A stretch of DNA of 64,000 bases from Pirellulales bacterium (GTDB lineage Bacteria > Planctomycetota > Planctomycetia > Pirellulales > UBA1268): the NCBI GenBank assembly GCA_040397545.1, contig JBBAVV010000003.1, positions 68,321 to 132,320 on the forward strand. Reading direction: 5' to 3'. The position numbers and the translations under genes were made by a program. Of the stretch, positions 61,035-64,000 are shown in pieces; position 1 is the stretch's first letter, and each line of letters starts with the position of its first letter. The notes under the pieces were generated by a model. That model was not told the DNA's origin. It searched no databases and saw only the letters and a list, made by a program, of their open reading frames with translations.

Positions 61035-62501
61035 TCAAGGCCGGCCGGCAGCGACCGTGTCGAGAAATCGGAAGACGTCGTCGAGGGCGGCCTGGACGAT
61101 CACCATGTGTTCGACATCGGGGTATTCCCGGAAGTCGACCGTGGCCCCTGCCGCTTCGAGGCGCTTGGCCAGGGCCGCCGCGCCGGGGCGGCCGAAGTCG
61201 GCGGTACCCGCCGCGACCAACCAGGGAACGCGCTGCGCCTTCTCCCCCCCCGGAGCCGCCGCGCCGCCACCGAGCGCGACCGCGGCGGCCACTGTCTCGG
61301 GATGGAGCCCCACCTGCTTCGCCACCTGCCCGGCCCCCATCGAATGGCCGACGAGAAACACGCGCGACGTGTCAATCTCGAACGAATCTCCGAGGAGCTC
61401 GAGCATCTCCTCGACGTCGAGTGCCAGGCCGAAGAGCCCCTGGCGCGGAGCGACGACGAGCCAGCCGCGCTCGATCCCGAGGGCGGCCGCGCGGCCGGCG
61501 CCGCAGGTGTCGAAAAACATGTTCTCGCTGCCGCCGGCGCCGTGGTGGAGAAAGAGCACCGGGAGGGGGCCGGCAGCGTCGGCCGGCGCGCGGAGCCGCA
61601 CCGGCACCTCACCGCGGCCGGTGGAGAGCGTGAGCCACAAGTCGCCGCTCCGCGCCGCTTCCCGAATCGTGTCGGCCGGCAGGCCCGCTCCGGCCCGCAA
61701 TCCTTCGGCGAAGCGGAGGAGCCGGGCGGCGGGGAAGTCGGTCTCCTGCCCGCGCCCATCGGCCAGGGCTTTGAAGAGCGGGAGGAGCGCGGCGAAGGTT
61801 GCGCGGACGGTCGGCGGCGTCGCTTCGGGCCAGGTGTTGGCCGCGGTAGCGAGGGCGTCGAGTTGTTCGCGGAGCCGCTCGACCCGCGACAGCCCGATCC
61901 GGGTGATCTCGATCGACTCCTGTTCGTCGAGCCATTCGACGACGAGCGTCAGATCCCCTGCCGGGAGCGGGCCGGTCTGCCACTGGATCATGCCGCCGGT
62001 TTCGGCCCAGTCGCCCTGCCGCTGGGCGCGCGTCTCCCCGGCGCCATCGACGATCGAGAGCCGCAGCCGGGACGGCGCTGCGGCGACGTCGCGCTCCACC
62101 TCATACAAAGGCTCGAACGCCAGCGAGAGGGTCTCTGCCGTCGTGTCGGCCAGGAGCGGCGTCGCGGTCACGGCGGTGGCGATCGCCGCGCGCTCGGCCG
62201 GATCGGGCGCATCCCCGGGGCGCACCGCGTACCAGGCCCCGTCGAGGTGCCTGGCGGCGGCCTGAAGCTGGAGCGTGAAGAAGCTCCGCACCGCCGCCGT
62301 CATTGGCGCGACGGCGGCGGCCCGCCGCTCCCCATCGGCTTTTTGCCAGGCGATCTCGAACCGCCGCAGCCGCTTCCCGAGCTCGGCGCGCGGCGTCTCG
62401 GCACGGGCCGGAGCCGAGAGGATGGGGCTGACAAGGGCTCCGGCCAGTGCCGCGGTGGTCAGCCAGATCAGCCGGTGGGTTGCGGAAGGAGATCGAATCA
62501 T
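61035..62501 (-). CDS. secreted alpha/beta hydrolase (esterase/dienelactone-hydrolase-like C-terminal domain)
   Basis: Signal peptide, then LPVLFLHHGAGGSENMFF.., the nucleophile elbow VFLVGHSMGAG, and ..AGTADF..DVEHM. The N-terminal ~230 aa are unassigned. Confidence 0.8.
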   Translation of the reverse strand: MIRSPSATHRLIWLTTAALAGALVSPILSAPARAETPRAELGKRLRRFEIAWQKADGERRAAAVAPMTAAVRSFFTLQLQAAARHLDGAWYAVRPGDAPDPAERAAIATAVTATPLLADTTAETLSLAFEPLYEVERDVAAAPSRLRLSIVDGAGETRAQRQGDWAETGGMIQWQTGPLPAGDLTLVVEWLDEQESIEITRIGLSRVERLREQLDALATAANTWPEATPPTVRATFAALLPLFKALADGRGQETDFPAARLLRFAEGLRAGAGLPADTIREAARSGDLWLTLSTGRGEVPVRLRAPADAAGPLPVLFLHHGAGGSENMFFDTCGAGRAAALGIERGWLVVAPRQGLFGLALDVEEMLELLGDSFEIDTSRVFLVGHSMGAGQVAKQVGLHPETVAAAVALGGGAAAPGGEKAQRVPWLVAAGTADFGRPGAAALAKRLEAAGATVDFREYPDVEHMVIVQAALDDVFRFLDTVAAGRP

Positions 62502-63268
62502 GTCTTCACGACGACCGTGCCGGAGATGAGATCGTGGGCGCCTTGTTTCCTAGGGAGGATCAGCACGAGGATGGCGCCGACGAAGAGGACCATCGGGACG
62601 GCTTTGCCGACGTTCCGCAGCAGCGCCTTGCCGAGGCCGATAGGCCGTCCCTCGAGGTCTGTGACGCGGATCGACATCGCTCGCTTGCCGAGCGTGGCGC
62701 CGTCGCGTCCCGCCTCCATCAGTGTCCCGTACGCCACCGTCACGATGGGCATGCACATTTGGAGGAGGATGGCGAGCTTCTGAATGTCCTGCCGATCGGT
62801 GCCGCGCACCACGAGGACGAAAACGAGGATCAGGACCGGAATCGAGAACAGCAGCGAATCGAGGAACATCGCGACGAATCGTGCGCCGAGCCCCGCGTAA
62901 TTCAGCCGCTTCGCCGCCTTGATCGGCTTGTAGTTCGGTGCCGCCTCGATCGGCTTCGGCGGCGGCGGCTCCTCCGGCGTCGGCACGTAGGCCGGCATCT
63001 CGAATCCGGAGAATGCGGCGGTCGGATCGTTGCTGTCGGGGGCTGCGAGGGGATTGTCGAAGGCCGGCGGCGGCGGGGCGAGGCTGGCGGGTGCGGCGGC
63101 GACGAACAGCCCCTTCGCCGACGAACAGGGCACCCACTTCTCCATCCCCTCTTTCCAGAGCTGGTCGGTGCGGTCGATCTTCCCGGTGGCGGCGAGCTTC
63201 TTCAGTTGCTCGTTGGTGAACGGGCCATGTTTCTTTCCGCCCTTTCGGACGTACCATTGATCGGCCAT
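62498..63268 (-). CDS. GYF_2 (DUF4339) + RDD-family membrane protein
   Basis: MADQWYVRKGGKKHGPFTNEQLKKLAATGKIDRTDQLWKEGMEKWVP is a GYF_2 domain. The C-terminal YAGLGARFVAMFLDSLL..GATLGKRAMSIRV..HDLISGTVVV is an RDD domain. The stop overlaps the downstream hydrolase start (ATGA). Confidence 0.8.
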   Translation of the reverse strand: MADQWYVRKGGKKHGPFTNEQLKKLAATGKIDRTDQLWKEGMEKWVPCSSAKGLFVAAAPASLAPPPPAFDNPLAAPDSNDPTAAFSGFEMPAYVPTPEEPPPPKPIEAAPNYKPIKAAKRLNYAGLGARFVAMFLDSLLFSIPVLILVFVLVVRGTDRQDIQKLAILLQMCMPIVTVAYGTLMEAGRDGATLGKRAMSIRVTDLEGRPIGLGKALLRNVGKAVPMVLFVGAILVLILPRKQGAHDLISGTVVVKT

Positions 63269-63420
63269 CGCTCGTTCGTTCCCCCCAGAGCTGGATCGTC
63301 TCCTCCGCCGGACGCCATCGTTCGGCAATCCCCGGTCGATGTCAAGATTCTGGTTCGCGGGGGGGCTATTTTCTCCGCCGCCGTTGCCCATCTTCCCCAC
63401 CCTGATGGAGGCTCGATCAA

Positions 63421-64000
63421 ATGTCGACCCGTTTCATCCGGCTTGTCGGCACAGCCGTGCTCGGCCTCGGCTTCGCGGCAGTGGGCCCTTTGGCAAGCCA
63501 ACGATCGGCCCAGGCCGACGACTTCGCGCCGCGGCAGGATCGGCTGCCGGTCGAGGCGCCGGCCGGGGCCGTCGTCGTTCTCGGGGCGGGGATCGAGCCG
63601 CGGTTGGTGGGAATGAATGGCGGGCCGACCGACTGGCAACACGACGGCGACGAGCTCGTCGTCACGCGCACCGAGGGACATGCCAATCATGTCCACTCGA
63701 TCGACACCTTCGAGGATTGCGATCTCCATGCCGAGTTCGTCGTCGATCCGCAGGCCCACGGCAATAGCGGCCTCTATTTCCACGGCTGGTTCGAGATGCA
63801 GATCTACGACTCGGCTGGCATCGATCCGGTCACCGACCAGGACGAAGGAAGCCTCTACCGCTTCGCCAAGCCGCTGGTGAATGCCGCCCGACCGGCCGGC
63901 CAGTGGCAGGTGTACGACATCCGCTACACCGCCCCGCGCCGCGCCGCCGATGGAAAGGTGACGCGGCCCGGGTCGATCATCGCCTGGCTCAACGGCCAGA
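63421..64000 (+). CDS. DUF1080 (3-keto-disaccharide hydrolase-like) protein, partial at the window end
   Basis: Not in the ORF track because no stop is reached. Signal peptide MSTRFIRLVGTAVLGLGFAAVGPLA. Then W..DGDELVV..HSIDTFEDCDLHAEFVV..HGNSGLYFHGWFEMQIYDS..GSLY..P..NAARPAGQWQVYDI fits the DUF1080 pattern. Confidence 0.8.
   Translation, partial: MSTRFIRLVGTAVLGLGFAAVGPLASQRSAQADDFAPRQDRLPVEAPAGAVVVLGAGIEPRLVGMNGGPTDWQHDGDELVVTRTEGHANHVHSIDTFEDCDLHAEFVVDPQAHGNSGLYFHGWFEMQIYDSAGIDPVTDQDEGSLYRFAKPLVNAARPAGQWQVYDIRYTAPRRAADGKVTRPGSIIAWLNGQ

Overview
High-GC segment (about 65-70% GC by eye) whose gene content is typical of a Planctomycetota chromosome. It holds three PSCyt/DUF1549/DUF1553 plus DUF1501 gene sets, a Cys-type sulfatase, two paralogous membrane Ser/Thr kinases with TPR tails, a 1442-aa TPR protein and a ~2100-aa alpha-2-macroglobulin-like protein. 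Housekeeping and metabolic genes are also present: aldo/keto reductase, L-lactate permease, mannonate-dehydratase-like, FAD/Fe-S oxidase, glycosyltransferase, YceI, PrmA, DUF72, STAS, an RDD protein and DUF1080. I recognised no rRNA, tRNA, CRISPR array, transposase or integrase. Many very long ORFs in the track are antisense shadows of real genes, as expected at this GC content, and were rejected. The most unusual locus lies at about 45.9-51.9 kb. There, two unrelated low-GC (about 40-48%) small ORFs both begin MAKKK and carry Lys/Ser/Thr/Pro-rich tails. Each is preceded by a near-identical 330-350 bp GC-rich leader with a predicted Y-shaped fold and a variable 12-bp tandem repeat. One of these cassettes abuts a truncated pilT remnant. 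They are interleaved with the two kinase paralogues and a third MAKKK histone-H1-like gene. I propose this as a candidate undescribed module, with function unknown. Other notable items:
- a 93-bp triple-hairpin element duplicated between convergent genes
- two canonical G-quadruplex motifs, plus non-triplet SSRs at the lctP/TPR junction
- a mazEF-like pair with a probable leaderless antitoxin promoter, followed by four stacked hairpins
- a low-GC islet encoding an FGE-domain protein with a PEP-CTERM anchor, downstream of four phased direct repeats
- an SDR-DUF2867 protein fused to an M48-peptidase-like membrane domain that has lost HEXXH
- a perfect 18-bp x4 in-frame repeat in one DUF1501 gene
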